Below are positions 40,521-54,125 of a DNA stretch of 64,000 bases, in pieces. The notes under the pieces are model-generated. The model worked only from the letters and a program-made list of their open reading frames with translations. It ran no database searches and had not been told where the DNA came from. Position 1 is the first letter of the stretch, and the number at the start of each line of letters is the position of its first letter. Origin of the DNA: Eledone cirrhosa (Eukaryota); NCBI GenBank assembly GCA_964016885.1, contig OZ024750.1:248001-312000 (forward strand), written 5' to 3'. The translations under genes were made by a program, and so were the position numbers.

Positions 40521-42159
40521 CTGTGTTTATATATAAATATGTACATACACCCGAAATTGCTTGGCGCTGCGTTCGGGATTCTCTCTTACTCTCATATATA
40601 TATATATATAGTAATAATAATAGAAACACCAAAATCTAGAGACAACTTGATAAGGGTTGTATATATATATATAAGTATATATATAAACCTGTAGAGTAAA
40701 TATTTGTTATCAGATTAAAAGTTTAAGCAAACAATTTCTGCTTTCACCCTAGAGCGAGATGATTTCATACAAATGAAACAGTTCTAGTCCTGTAGAAGTC
40801 ATTTCTATATATATAATAAAGATATATATCTATATGTATGTATCTATGATGTGAGTTTGTACACACATGAATAAATGGGTATTCTGATGTCTTCCTCTCA
40901 CTGAAATCTGTAATAAAAAAACACTCATTAATGGTTACCCATGTTTATTATAGTTAAACAGTCAAGCCAATTGATCACATTATTGTAGAACATAAATAAA
41001 TATATGTCCTTTTTAAATATATATTTTATATATGAGATGAAACAGGATGAGTTGATATCAGTCAGCTGAATTATCAATGATTAATATTATATCACAAATA
41101 CTACAACCTATTGATGGCCATTCTGCTATTTCACTTACAAACGGTTCAGTTCTCTTAGCTGTAAATAAGCATCAGGGAAGATAGAACTTACCACTGTAAG
41201 CGAAGGGGCATAGAATAACTGACAAGTATTTCATTAACTTGCAGTATCATTTTATTAGTAACACTGAAAACTGAATATTATGATGTCATGGTGTATGACA
41301 TTTCTGGAAATAATGTCTGTTAAACCTTTTTGACACAGAACCACCTGAAACTGCTCCTGGTTCTACTATAAAAGACTGTTTTAAAGAGCTTATATGTATC
41401 TAAAAAGCTTCCATTATAATTTTATATAAAAACCTTTGTTAAATTATGTTCCAAACAAACTTAATAATGAGAAACTTAGTTACATTCCTAAGTCTCACCA
41501 AATTCTTCATTATGTATTTTTCAAAATTAATTGAAAATCATAGGCAGTGTCTTTCATTAGAAATATGGTAGCAAAAAGGTCAACTCCCTGCAGGGTTACC
41601 CCAGACTTTATAGGATAAAAATGAATTGTTTATTTGCTTATTTAATGACAATATATGAAGAAGATGTGAGAGGTGGGAACCATCACAGACAACAATTGGT
41701 TAAGAATCCTATAGATATATACAGCCTGGTCAATTATTGGCTTTTACCCCCATAGTTGCCCTATATCTGTTATGGGATAATGGTTTTACCCCCATAGTTG
41801 CCCTATATCTGTTATGGGATAATGTTGTCATCATTGCTTGGTATAGCTCCTTATGTATTTGTGAGAGAGAAAGAAAGTTGTGTGTGTGAAAGAGAGAGAG
41901 AGTGTGTGTATGTGTGTGACAGGGTGTGTAAGAGAGAGAAAGAGAGTGAGTGAGTGAGTGTGTGTGTGATTTCTATAGAATGGTCTTGATTAGAATATGT
42001 CTGAGTGGAGATTCTTCAGTGATGTGTTATAGAGAAGCTGGAAATAAATATATACACACACACATATATACACATACACATATATACACACATACATATA
42101 AATATACAACACACATATACATATATATACACACAAGGAATTTTATAGAGGTTGCTTAA

Positions 42160-42450
42160 CTTGGCGTATGTCTAGGGCAGGTAAAATTCCCGAGATCCAT
42201 GGACAAGTTCTCTCTAGCAGTCTCTGTCCCTCATTATCGCTGCCATGTCCTGCATCTCCAAGAGACCAGTGTCTGTCCTTAGGGCATCAACATATGTTAA
42301 CCTCTGTCTTCCTCTTCCAGTGTGTCCATGCAGGGGCTCGCACAGGAGCACTGAATGCAGTGTCAACTCTGAATGTCGGTGAGCATGTCCAGCTAACCTC
42401 AGTCTCCTCTGTGTTACTCTTGAGCTGACTTTTGGCGTATGTTTGCATCA
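42160..42450 (-). mobile_element. RTE-X/RTE-like LINE 3' fragment
   Basis: Minus-strand translation RVTQRRLRLAGHAHRHSELTLHSVLLCEPLHGHTGRGRQRLTYVDALRTDTG...MRDRD. Confidence 0.8.
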
Positions 42451-44996
42451 TTAAATGACACCAAACTTGTAAAATTCCTTTTATGCCCAATAAACATACA
42501 TATATAGTTTATACACACACATATACATATACACACTCACAGAGATCATATAAATATAAAGAGAATTTTTTCTATATTTGTATAAGTATGTGTGTGTACA
42601 AATTACACACACACTCGATAAGTATTGTATATATAAAAAAGTATATATAAACCCGTAGAGCAAATATTTATTATTAGTTTCAGAAGATCCAATAATAGGG
42701 TGAAAGCAACGATTCTTTGCTTAAACTTTAATCTGTACTAATAAATAAATATATATATATACACACATATATATACGTACATATATATGTATAGACGAGT
42801 TGTCCTAATGTCAGCAATGCTAAGTCAAGTGACCATGCCTTGCTCAGTTCTGTATAAGCAAAGGATGGTCACCTGACCCATCATTGCCCACAACAGGGCA
42901 ACTTGTCTAACCCATGCTAGCATAGAAAAATGGATATAAAACGGTGATGATGATGATGATGATAATGATATGCCCACATTCATGCATACAATATTTTTTG
43001 CAAGCAAATATTACATATATTACGGTGACCTCTCAAAACAGCAGACTTTATTCTGCAGAGTTAAAAGCTCTACATCACTCATCAGTGATTCAATAAAGAC
43101 CGACTGATGGTGTTTCATCTTTCACAACAACTCCTATGTACAAGATGAGATATATATGAAGCAGAATTTACCCACATTGTCATTTCTACATTGGTCATTT
43201 GATACAGGAGCACTAACAACAGATGTGCTTTAAATCTGGCTACTTATCACCAAATAGAAGCTTTTTGAAGATTTTTTTTTTCAGTTTACCATATCGATTT
43301 GTGTATTTCAGAAGGTAGGGTTTTGGAGGTTTTTCTTCTTTTTTTTTTGTCTGGAAACTGATAACAGGAGATTCTTCCAAGTCATTGGTTATATTTTTTT
43401 ATATTTTACAAAATTCCCTTGTCCCTTTTGGAGTAAATTGAGGATCGAAATCTGACTGAGGATAAACTCCATTCAGTGGTGTCATTTCAAAGATCTGGTG
43501 GATGAAACAGAAATAAAAAATAGCATCTGTAAATATTTTATTCTTTAGAAATATTTTATATATAGAATATATTTTATTGTAAATATTTTATAATTTAGAA
43601 TTTATAATAGAAATTTTCTTTTCTATTATATATATAAATACTCAAATATATTCTGAGGACAAGATTACATAAAAATAATAAAGAATTTAATATTTAGTCA
43701 AATATACAGAAAAAGAAAGTAGTATTGGGAACGACTATAAATGCTATAAATGAGGAAAAAAGGAGGGGAAGAGCAAGGATTGTTAAGACAACAAAAGAAG
43801 GGGGAAGGAGAGAGGGTGAGAAACTCTACGCCTAGTTTAGAGCAGTGTTTTGGCTGCACCCAGCAGACAAAATGGCAAAGGCATTTCATCAACTTTAGTT
43901 GTGTAAAGAAAATGACAGCCTCTCTAGTGTTGGTGACACAATAAAATATACCTAGTGCTCTCTGTGAAGAGATTGATGCTAGGAATGGTATCCAATCATA
44001 GATAATTTGCCAAACAAAGATTCAGGAGGACTCTTCAGTTGTGTAAAAGACATGATAAAATGCACCTTGCACACATACTCTGTAGATTGTGGGAATGTAT
44101 GTAAAATGTAGTCCTGGTTATCTAAGAAATCAGTAGCTTGATTAAGTATTTATTGACTTGCACTGTAACAACCTGTCCAACCCTCGCTAACAGAGATAAT
44201 GGATGTTAAATGATGACGATGGTGTGTATGCGTGTATACAATAAAAGAATAGGGTAACGATATTTATGTGTGTGTATGTTTCTTTAGAGAGATCCCACTA
44301 ATTAGATATATAAATATCTATCTTACTTATAAAAGTGAAGATTGGCATCAGAAAGGACATTCCAGGCTAAAGCTCTGCCTCATCCAATCCATGATGGTAA
44401 AAGTGTTGGACAACATGCTTTGTGGCATAGAGTTATAGCTCTTTACTTCTGATTTCAAATCCTGCATAGGTTAGCTTTGTCTTCTATCCTTATAAGGATC
44501 GATAAAATAAAGTACCAGTAATGCAATGAGGTCGATTTAATCAACTTTACCCTCTCCCCAAAATTGTTGACCTCGTGTCTAAATCAAAAACCATCATTAT
44601 TATTATTATTGTGATGTTGATGATGATCTTTCTATTAAAAAATACTACAATTCATTTAAATATAATAATTGGGATTTTTAGTCACATACTTCTTGGCTCG
44701 TATTTCAGTATCATTATTATTTTGCAACCATAGATGTTTAAACTGGGATTTTAGTCAAAAACCCCGTCATTCAACATTGCCTTTATTTCCTTCTTCCAGT
44801 CACTTCAAAGCACCAACACACTTCTCTTTCAATTTTTCCTATATTTCATCTGCCTGTCACCCAACTTGTGGATTATCTCTGTTGATCACTTGCCACTGGT
44901 CTTGAGGCATTTTTGCCCAGCACTGTCTTTAACGGCATTAAGCTGTTTTAACAGCTGTTCTAGCGATCAATTTTCTCTCTCTCTCTATATATATAT

Positions 44997-46496
44997 ATCG
45001 ATCTCGAGAAAGCCTTTGACAGAGTTCCCCATGCTATAATCTGGTGGGCTCTTAGAACACTAGGAGTAGATGAATGGTTTGTGAAAGCTGTACAAGCCAT
45101 GTATAGGGGAGCAGTCAGCAAAGTTAGGATTAGCAATGACTATAGCGAGGAATTTAGCATACAGGTCGGTGTCCACCAGGGCTCTGTTCTTAGCCCTCTC
45201 CTGTTCATCATAGTTTTGCAGGCAATAACGGAGGAGTTTAAGACCAGATGCCCATGGGAACTCCTGTATGCAGATGACCTTGCACTTATAGCTGAATCTA
45301 TGGTAGAACTAGAGAAGAAATTCCAAACTTGGAAGCAGGGACTAGAAAGAAAGGGTCTCAAAGTCAACCTGACAAAGACTAAAGTTCTTGTAAGTAGATA
45401 AGAAACAGAACCCAGGTCCCCTCGGGGAAATGGCCTTGCTCAGTATGTAGGAAAGATGTAGGTAGGAACTCCATTCTCTGCCCCAAATGCAAACAATGGG
45501 TAAACAAGAGATGTAGTGGGATCTCAGGAAGTTTAACTAAGAATGTAGGCTTCACATGTAGCAGCTGTGCTGGAACAGCAAGCAGCAAACAGCCACAGGA
45601 AACAAGTACCACCAAACTCTGGGAGGGCTCTGTAGAAACAGTAGACAGATTCTGCTACCTAGGTGACCGAATTAGCAGCGGAGGTGGGTGTTCGGAAAGT
45701 ACAATAACTAGGGTAAGAACGGGATGGAAGAAGTTCAGGGAGCTACTGCCACTGCTAGCTGCAAAAGGCTTTTTCCTCAAAATGAAAGGCAGACTGTATG
45801 ATGCATGTATACAAACAGCAATGTTACATGGTAGTGAGACCTGGGTGCTGTAGATTAGAAAGAAACGAACCCTGCATGCTCCGATGGATGTGTAATAGTA
45901 ATATACGCGAACGGCAAAGTATAAACGAATTGAGACTGAGCATAAGAGGAATCAAATGCTGTGTGCAGGAGAGGCAGTTGCGTTGGTATGAACATATGAT
46001 GCATATGAAAGATGACAGCTGCATAAAAAGGTGCAGAGCACTAGAAGTCAATGGAAACCACGGAGTGGGGAAACCCAAGAAGACCTGGTATGAGGTGATA
46101 AAAGCCGACCATACCCAATTGCACCTCTCAAAGGCGATGTCACACGACCATGACCTCTGGAATACAGAAGACCCGACCCCCCACGGGTACAAGCCGAAGC
46201 TGAAACATGTAGACAATATGCCCGCACACCCTCCCACTGCAAAATGGTCGTGGAGGTGCCATGACAAAAAAGCACCCAGCCCACACTGTAACGTGGACGT
46301 GTAGGTGCCACGGAAAAAAAGCACCCATCACTCACTGTAAATGAGGTTGGTGTTAGGAAGGGCATCCAGCTGTAGAAATCAAACCAGAATCAGTTCCTGT
46401 ATGAGCAAGACAAGGTCAGCTGACAGGACAACCCGTCTAACCCATGCTAGCGTGGAAGAACAGACGTAAAACGGTGATGATGATGATGATGATGAT
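44997..46496 (+). mobile_element. Second 5'-truncated copy of the same RTE LINE family (decayed)
   Basis: DLEKAFDRVP, GVHQGSVLSPLLF, LLYADDL and the same Cys-rich insert, with stops and frameshifts. Ends in CCCATGCTAGCGTGGAAG...(GAT)n. Confidence 0.93.
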
Positions 46497-46786
46497 ATAT
46501 ATCAGACAGGGTGTGGTAAAACTCAGCTAGACCATAACCCACCAGAGTACTCAATACTTGGGGTAGTAGAGTGGGTAAAATGAAAAGATTCATCTCCTAC
46601 TTTCGCAAGGGGTCCTGAATCTTTTCATATATATGGTCCACACTGTAAACGTGGTTGATGTTAGGAAAGGCATCCAGCCGTAGAAAACCTGCCAGACGGT
46701 CCTATATGAGCGAGACGACCAATCTTGCTTCAAGTGGGACAATTCCCGTCTAAGCCCATGCTAGTATGGAAGATGGACGTTAAACA

Positions 46787-46821
<35 letters not shown>

Positions 46822-48414
46822 ATATATATACACACACACACACCTATACAAGAGTTCAGTTAATCACAACACTATGTATTAACGTATTTTTTTTTTTTTA
46901 GATAATTAAATTCTACATCTTTTTTGTTGTTGAATAATTATAATAAATTATAATTTATTTTACCTCAGCCTTCTGGAGAATGTGTAAAAAAGTGTTGCTG
47001 CCATGAATATCCAAAAATATCTGATGTATCATCCAGTCTACTTTACAGGGTTTTTCCTCATGCATAAGATGTCTTCATCTCAATTTGAAAGGTGTGTCCT
47101 AGAAACGACCATATCAGAGGGTTCAACAGCAACCAGCATGAAAAAAAGATCTGTTTATCAATAACCAATACATAGTCTACTTCTGCTCTGCTGAGTGGTG
47201 GGCAGCAAGTACTGGGTCATGACTAAAGGGATATGGTAGCACAGGAGTACATGTAACAACATGCGACATCACAAATAAGGAAAGAGTTTTCCCATTTGGA
47301 TGTCTGCCTTGCTGTCGTTGAGGACAACAGGTTCCAGTTGACAGGAAGTTGTAGGTATGAAAGCCCCCTAAGTAGCATCAGTTTAGTGTGGCATAGCAAA
47401 GGAAATAACCCACAGTCTTTATGTAGCTCAAACATATGGAGGCCAAGGTGAACAACAACTCTGATGAATGTGCATAAGGGTCCTTGAGCCAGGGCGCCAG
47501 TTTGGATGTCAGAGCCAGGGCACCGCTGTTTAATTGTGAGGTTGGTGCCAGAACCAGGGCACTGCTGTTTAATTGTGAGGCAGGTGAGACAGGGCTGGTT
47601 GAGAGATAATGGATCTACATTCGATATTCTCTTAGTTGTACTCATCAGCTGTATTCTAGGAGACAGTGAGGCCCCCAAGAATCTAGACATTTTGAAGTAT
47701 TTTACAAATGATATAGGTGAGACTGTCTTTTATCATAGAACTGCTAGATTGAGAATGATGTGTAACTATACAACATTGTGGTATGCTATATACTAGATAT
47801 ACAATATATTATATACTATATATATACATTGTATTATATAATATAGACTGGTTTTCATTTTCTTACTGTTTTTCTTACGGTTTTATTTGCATATATATCC
47901 CATTCTTTCTTCCCAACTTCAGCAGTCATGTACACAAAGTTTCTGGCAACTGTCATGGTTCAGAGATTCATAAGCAATGAGGGAGATGTAATGCATCCTC
48001 ACTTCTTTCCTCAGGGCTTAAGGGTCAATGTTGCTAACTATGTATATATATATATATAAATAACCTCTCCACATCTATATTATTTCCAAAACTTATGACC
48101 AATATATATATATATATATATATACAAATACACATATATATAGCGTCATCATTTTCCATTCACCTTCTATGCTGAGTTGTTACAGTCTCTGATAAGACAA
48201 ATCAGAGAGAACTCATCTTGTTCATGTATGCCATGGTTGGCATGGTTTCTATCACTAGATGCCCTTCTTAATGCTAACAAATTTACAAGACGTAGTGGGT
48301 GTGTTTTATTGTGACCACTCCACAATATGTTGTGAATGCTACCATAAATTCCAGTTGTTACTGTTGTTATAGTGGTGGCAGCATTGTAGTACCAGTGTTG
48401 GTAGCAGCAGTAGT

Positions 48415-48845
48415 TCTATAGACATAGAAGTGCTGTCAGATGGACCTGTCCAAGATGTCTGTAGAGCGATGAAACCATTTTGTATACACACATCCACTGT
48501 CGTCCGGGAATTGTTGACTTATGGAGTTTTGTCAAACAGCTGTTGTCACATGTAGGACGGATCTGATGACTGTCGGCCAGCTTTATCATGAAGATTACCC
48601 TGCTGCCATCTTTTGACTGGGAAGGGCTAGCAGTTTTCCTGTCTGGTGGCTGTGGTGAAAAAGGTTTTATGGTGGACGTAACTGAAAAACTGAAGACAGG
48701 CACTTTTTTCTTCAGTCAAGCCCTCATCAACTTTTCTAAGTTCTAGTTGGAAAGAGAGGTGAGGGTACATTTGTTAAAGGTGGGGAAAGGTAACGAGAAT
48801 AGTCCAAGTGAATGAGCCTACTCTAAGTATGTACCTATAGGCTGG
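48415..48845 (+). mobile_element. L1/Tx1-clade LINE ORF2 C-terminal fragment
   Basis: LYRH...TCPRCL*SDETILY...HC...LWSFVKQLL resembles the C-terminal zinc knuckle of L1/Tx1 ORF2. Nucleotide similarity to 3360-3670 in the opposite orientation. Confidence 0.7.
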
Positions 48846-50068
48846 AGAGAATAGAGTGACCTTGGATCTGTATAAAAATCTTCAATTTTAGCCCTTTCAT
48901 TATATTTTTAATGAAATACACTGTTTCTGAATTAATTGCTGAAAACATTGGAGGGATTTACTAAAATTATTAATCATTCCATTATTAAGATGAACTTAAT
49001 AAAAGGTTCTTATATCAAATTCATGTTAATGGCCAAGGAAAAATTATCCTGGTCTGTTACCTTAAAGATCACATCCCTAATGGATAAAGACCCATACAAT
49101 ATAGAAGGGAGCCATCTGGTGTGCAGGATCCCAGGTGCTAATCACCTCATGGTCTCAGCAAACAGAATGGAGAAAGTACTGCCCCAGATAATGGCAAACG
49201 AGATGTGTTGGATTAGCCATTCCAGCTTGATGGTCTTGTGCTTAAAATCTCCAGTAGCCTTAGGCTGCCAAGGATTCTGGACAATATGGGAGAACAAAGA
49301 AGGAATGAAAGCATATTGTGACCAGTGATGTATAAGGACATCTAATTGATCCAAGGACATTGGTAGAGAAAGCTGGGTCACTTCTCAACTAAGAGAGAAG
49401 TTTGTCTATTGTGTGATCTTTCTGAATAAGAACAATAGACAGGTATTACAGAGTTTCAACTGAGCACCTAAACCCTTTAGCATTTACATTACTTTATATT
49501 TACTATTATATTTTCACGGTAATTATCTCACATAATATCGAATCTGAGATTTTGGTATTATTTATTTTTAGAACAATACCTTAACATCAGTATGATGTTA
49601 AGGTATGGTTACAACCATACCTTAACATCATAGTATTTAATTAGCTTGCCAAGTCATGCTGACAGGAAGTAGTAAAGAAATTCCATTTTATTTCTAATGT
49701 CAAAGAGTGAAGGTTAAGTGGATAAAGAGTTGTCTCCCTTTAAAAGGGTTTGGACATGTATGTCTAAGTGTGTGTGAGAGAATATGTGAAGGTGTAAGCA
49801 TGTGTGTGTGTGTGAATGAGAGAGGATATGTTTATATGTAAATGTGGGAACTAGATGCTTTATCATGTTTTGAAACTGGTCTAAGTGTATGTGTGTGAGA
49901 ATAAGTAAAGGTGTAAGCATGCGTGTGTGTGTGAGTGTGAGAGGATACGTGTGTGTGTGAGTGTGAGAGGATACGTGGAGGTGTAAGTGTGGGGGCTATA
50001 TATATCGACAGATCACTATAAAAGACAATGTATATATATCATCTACTACACTTGACTATGACACACAC

Positions 50069-50215
<147 letters not shown>

Positions 50216-51322
50216 CACACATATATATATACACATTTCATTTTTCCATGCTAGCATCTATATATATATATATATATATATCCAGCGGTGAACCACCAAA
50301 CTTAACGTTATATATTGCTACGACACTTCACTATAAAACACATAATCTATAATGCTAATAAATAGCAAGCAAAATAAAACAAATTCGACATTGACAGTAT
50401 GTAGAACATTAAAAAAGTTAAAATATCTCAAAGCCTGGAAAAGTTAAGTAACACTATCAATGGCAAACACGTTTGTGAACAATATCAAGTATTTGATCAT
50501 ATTATACAACATTCAACCCTTCAGCATTCACATTCTACATTTACTGTTATATTTTCACAGTAAAGGCTTTACCCCATAATTATCTCACATAATAATTATT
50601 ATTATTATATTGAATCTATGAGATTTTGATATTTATTTTGAGAAGAATACCTTAACATCAGTATGAGCGGCCAGTTACAGCTGGTTTGAACAGTAAGAGG
50701 TGAGAGATTCTGGCTGGATATGGCCAGTTTAAATGCCAAAGGGTTAAACAAACTGATTTTTTTAAAATTCCATGTAAATTTGTCTTGTCATTCTTTTAAA
50801 ACTCTCCCACAACAAAATTAAATTGATTAAATATGAAAATATTTTATTGAAAATCCTTATTTGACTTTTGAAAATTATCTTTATTAATTTGCTTATTAAA
50901 TAAACATTTCTTCTGCATACAGGAAACTATGTTATGAAATTTGCATAAAGCAGTTTTTCTTTACTAAAGAAAAAACTCAGTATTTAAATAAAATAAACTT
51001 TGGATAAACAAATGAAGATTGAATTTTTGTTTTATTTTATTCATAGAACTTTTATGTTAACATAATGGTTTCGTTGAAACAGGGGTCATAACAAAGTGAA
51101 AGCCTCAATTTCAGTATTAAGCAAATTAAGCAAACGGAGGGGGGGGGGGGGGGTAAACTTTCTGTTATGAAAGAAATTGATTTGAGAAATTATATATATA
51201 ATTTCTGAATCCAATGCTTCATATTATTCCTAGAGACTTTTCTGGATTTCTTTAAAGTATTATTATTATTTGTTTAAATTGATTTCCTATGATAGTATGG
51301 GTGATGTTCCTCACCACCCATC

Positions 51323-51361
<39 letters not shown>

Positions 51362-51586
51362 ATAACAAGTAGAAGAAGCCATTATTTTCAATACAGCAGA
51401 GTTAGATATGCAGGTTAGCTTGTCCTTGTTCTAAGGGGCCATTGTTACACAAGGTTTGAACTGAAGACATAGGATCGATACACCACCACTTTCAATTTAT
51501 AGCCCGTATATATATATATATATATAAATATATACACACACACATATATATTAATATATATATATATATTAATATATATATATATA

Positions 51587-51710
51587 TTAATATAGAAGAG
51601 CTTCTACAGGACTAGAACTGTTTCATTCGTGAAAAATCATCAGGAAACGCTTCCCGATGATTTCTCACGAATGAAACAGTTCTAGTCCTGTAGAAGCTCT
51701 TCTATATTAA
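51587..51710. repeat. Near-perfect palindrome (about 60-bp arms) made of two back-to-back family-B hammerhead-like motifs
   Basis: TTAATATAGAAGAGCTTCTACAGGACTAGAACTGTTTCATTCGTGA...TCATCAGG is followed by its reverse complement, with a few mismatches and a loop of about 4 nt. Confidence 0.9.
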
Positions 51711-51857
51711 AACATTTATACTCTGCTTTGTATTGAGTACCTTACTTACTGTGGTTACCTCCGATTCAACCAGGAATAACTTTCATCATCACCGTTTTAC
51801 GTCCGTTCTTCCACGCTAGCATAGACTTTATATATATATTTATATATACATATATAT

Positions 51858-52554
51858 ATATAAACGTTTGTATGTATAATAAAGCCAAAACAATGCAGGT
51901 ATGGACATAGAATAAAGAATGCAAATGCAAAAGATATTGTTGACAATTAGTCTTTTACCTTAGATTTATTTAAATATCCTTAATTTTCGAGATAATATCT
52001 CTTCTTTGGAGGGAAGTAAAGCAGTTAAACCAGTGTTCTAAATAGCTTGCCAAGTCATGCTGACAGGAAATGGTAGAGAGTATCTGTTCTATCTCTAATA
52101 TCAAAGAGTTAAGGTTAGGTGGATAAAGAGTAGTCTCCCTTTAAAAGGGTTTTTTTTTTTGTACATGGCTGTTTAAGTGTGTGGGAGAATGCGTGAAGGT
52201 GTAAGTAAGTGTGTGTGTGAGAAGATATGTCTATACGTACGTAAATGTGGGGGGTAGATGTTATCTCGTGTTAGAACTGGTCTTTGTGTGTGTATGTGTG
52301 AGAGAGAATAAGTGAAGGTGTAAGCGTGTGTGTGTGTGGCCATTTCTGTCAGCATGACTTGGCAAGCTATTTAGAACACTGGTTTACCGCTTTACTTCCC
52401 TCCGAAGAAGAGATATTATCTCGAAAATTAAGGACATTTAAATAAATCTAAGGTAAAAGATTAATTGTCAACAATATCTTTTGCATTTGCATTCTTTATT
52501 CTATGTCCATACCTGCATTGTTTTGGCTTTATTATACATATACAAACGTTTATA
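51858..52554. repeat. Long inverted repeat (about 215-bp arms, about 266-bp spacer), probable inverted Penelope pLTR pair
   Basis: 51858-52073 is the reverse complement of 52340-52554 with few mismatches. The right arm has CCGAAGA-A-GAGAT(ATT)ATCTC-GAAA and the left arm has a further-mutated copy. The spacer family recurs at 49640-49990. Confidence 0.88.
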
Positions 52555-52647
52555 CCTCATTACAACTGTAACTCCCTCCATATATATATATATATGTTTA
52601 TATATATATATAAACATATATATATAAATATATACACATATATATAT

Positions 52648-52985
52648 GGAGGCACATGGCTTAATGGTTAGAGCATTGGCCTTGCAATCAAAAGGTTGTG
52701 AGTTCAATTCTCAGACCGGGTGATGTGTTGTTTCCTTGAGCAAGACACTTTATTTCACATTGCTCCAGTTTACTCAGCTGTAGAAATGAGATGGTAGGGA
52801 CTGGGGTCCATATCATTCCACTGCAAAGTGGTCGTGGAGGTGCCACGGCAAAAAAGCACCCAGCACTCACTGTAAATGAGGTTGGTGTTAGGAAGGGCAT
52901 CCAGCTGTAGAAATCAAGCCAGAATCAGTTCCCATCCCACCCTTGCTAGCAGGGAAAAGCGGACGTAAAATGAATGAAATGAATA
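52648..52985 (+). mobile_element. Second tRNA-derived SINE family with an RTE-derived 3' tail
   Basis: Head GGCACATGGCTTAATGGTTAG...GAGTTCAATTC; body CCTTGAGCAAGACACTT...TGCTCCAGTTTACTCAGCTG. The 3' part matches the RTE 3' UTR at 46230-46470. Confidence 0.75.
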
Positions 52986-53319
52986 TATATATCCAAGTCT
53001 AAAGTCTGTCTTAAGCCAGAAGGCTCATTTGGCCGGTGCTTATCCCGGTTTCATGGCGTGAAGTGATTCAGAGTACAAGACTCCCCCCTGGACAGGACGC
53101 CAGTCCATCGCAGGGTTAAACCTCCAGCTATTGCTGGTACCATTTCCAGCTGAGTATACTAGAGCAACGTGAATGTATATATATATAAATATACATATAT
53201 ACACATATATACACACACACATATACATATATATACACACACATATACATATATGTGTGTATATATATATATACACATATATAAATATGTAATATATAGA
53301 TCCCGAGTAAAATTGGGGT

Positions 53320-53432
53320 GGGGGTAACCACAGTTAAAAAAAGTATTCAATATATTAGTAGAGTATAAGGAATGTCCTGATGATTTCATATGAATGAAAC
53401 AGTTCCAGTCTTGTAGAAGCCATTTCTATATT
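53320..53432 (+). mobile_element. Penelope-like pLTR remnant with a family-B hammerhead-like motif, preceded by an inverted piece of its own tail
   Basis: CTGATGATTTCATATGAATGAAACAGTTCCAGTC at 53377-53410. GGTAACCACAGT...GTATTCAATA upstream is the reverse complement of the tail seen at 51730-51759. Confidence 0.55.
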
Positions 53433-54125
53433 AAATAATTGTTTCTACTTTTGGCACAAGGCCAGCAATTATTCCAGTGCATTACTGGTACTTTATTTTA
53501 TCGACCCCGTAAGGATGAAAGGCAAAGTTAACCTCGACAGGATTTGAACTCAGATCATAAAGGGACGTAACTATGCTTCAAAGCATGGTGTCCGACTCTC
53601 TACCGATACTGCCAATCCACCGCCCTTTCTATATTAAATAATTGTTTCTACTTTAGGCACAAGGCCAGCAATTACCCAGTACATTACTGGTACTTCATTT
53701 TATCGACCCTTTCAGGATAAAAGGCAAAGTTAAATAATTGTTTCTACGTTAGGCACAAGGCCAGCAATTACAGTGTATTACTGGTACTTTATTTTATCGA
53801 CCCCGTAAGGATGAAAGGCAAAGTTAACCTCGGCGGGATTTGAACTCAGAATGGCAAGGGCCGTAACTATGCGTCAAAGCATGGCGTCCGACCCTCTACC
53901 AATACTGCCCAATAATGATATATATATATATAATTGTTTCTACGTTAGGCACAAGGCCAGCAATTACCCAGTGCATTACTGGTACTTTATTTTATCGACC
54001 CCGTAAGGATGAAAGGCAAAGTCAACCTCGGCGGGATTTGAACTCAGATCGTAAAGGGACGTAACTATGCTTGAAAGCATGGCGTCCGACCCTCTAACGT
54101 TACTGCCAATCCACCAATCCACCAA
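53433..54125 (-). mobile_element. Head-to-tail array of 4 copies of the same SINE
   Basis: Four units each begin (T)AATTGTTTCTAC.TT.GGCACAAGGCCAGCAATT. TTTCTATATTAAATAATT is duplicated at 53423 and 53626. Confidence 0.88.

Noticed and set aside
42287-42490. ORF considered as a possible last exon of SEC14L1
   Set aside because: The true terminal exon is at 56361-56466; another frame here gives an RTE-type LINE C-terminus.
47461-47650. Other CTGATGA/TCATCAG hits (also at 11689, 26249, 43079, 48563 and 63170)
   Set aside because: No helix II followed by GAAA, so these are chance heptamers.
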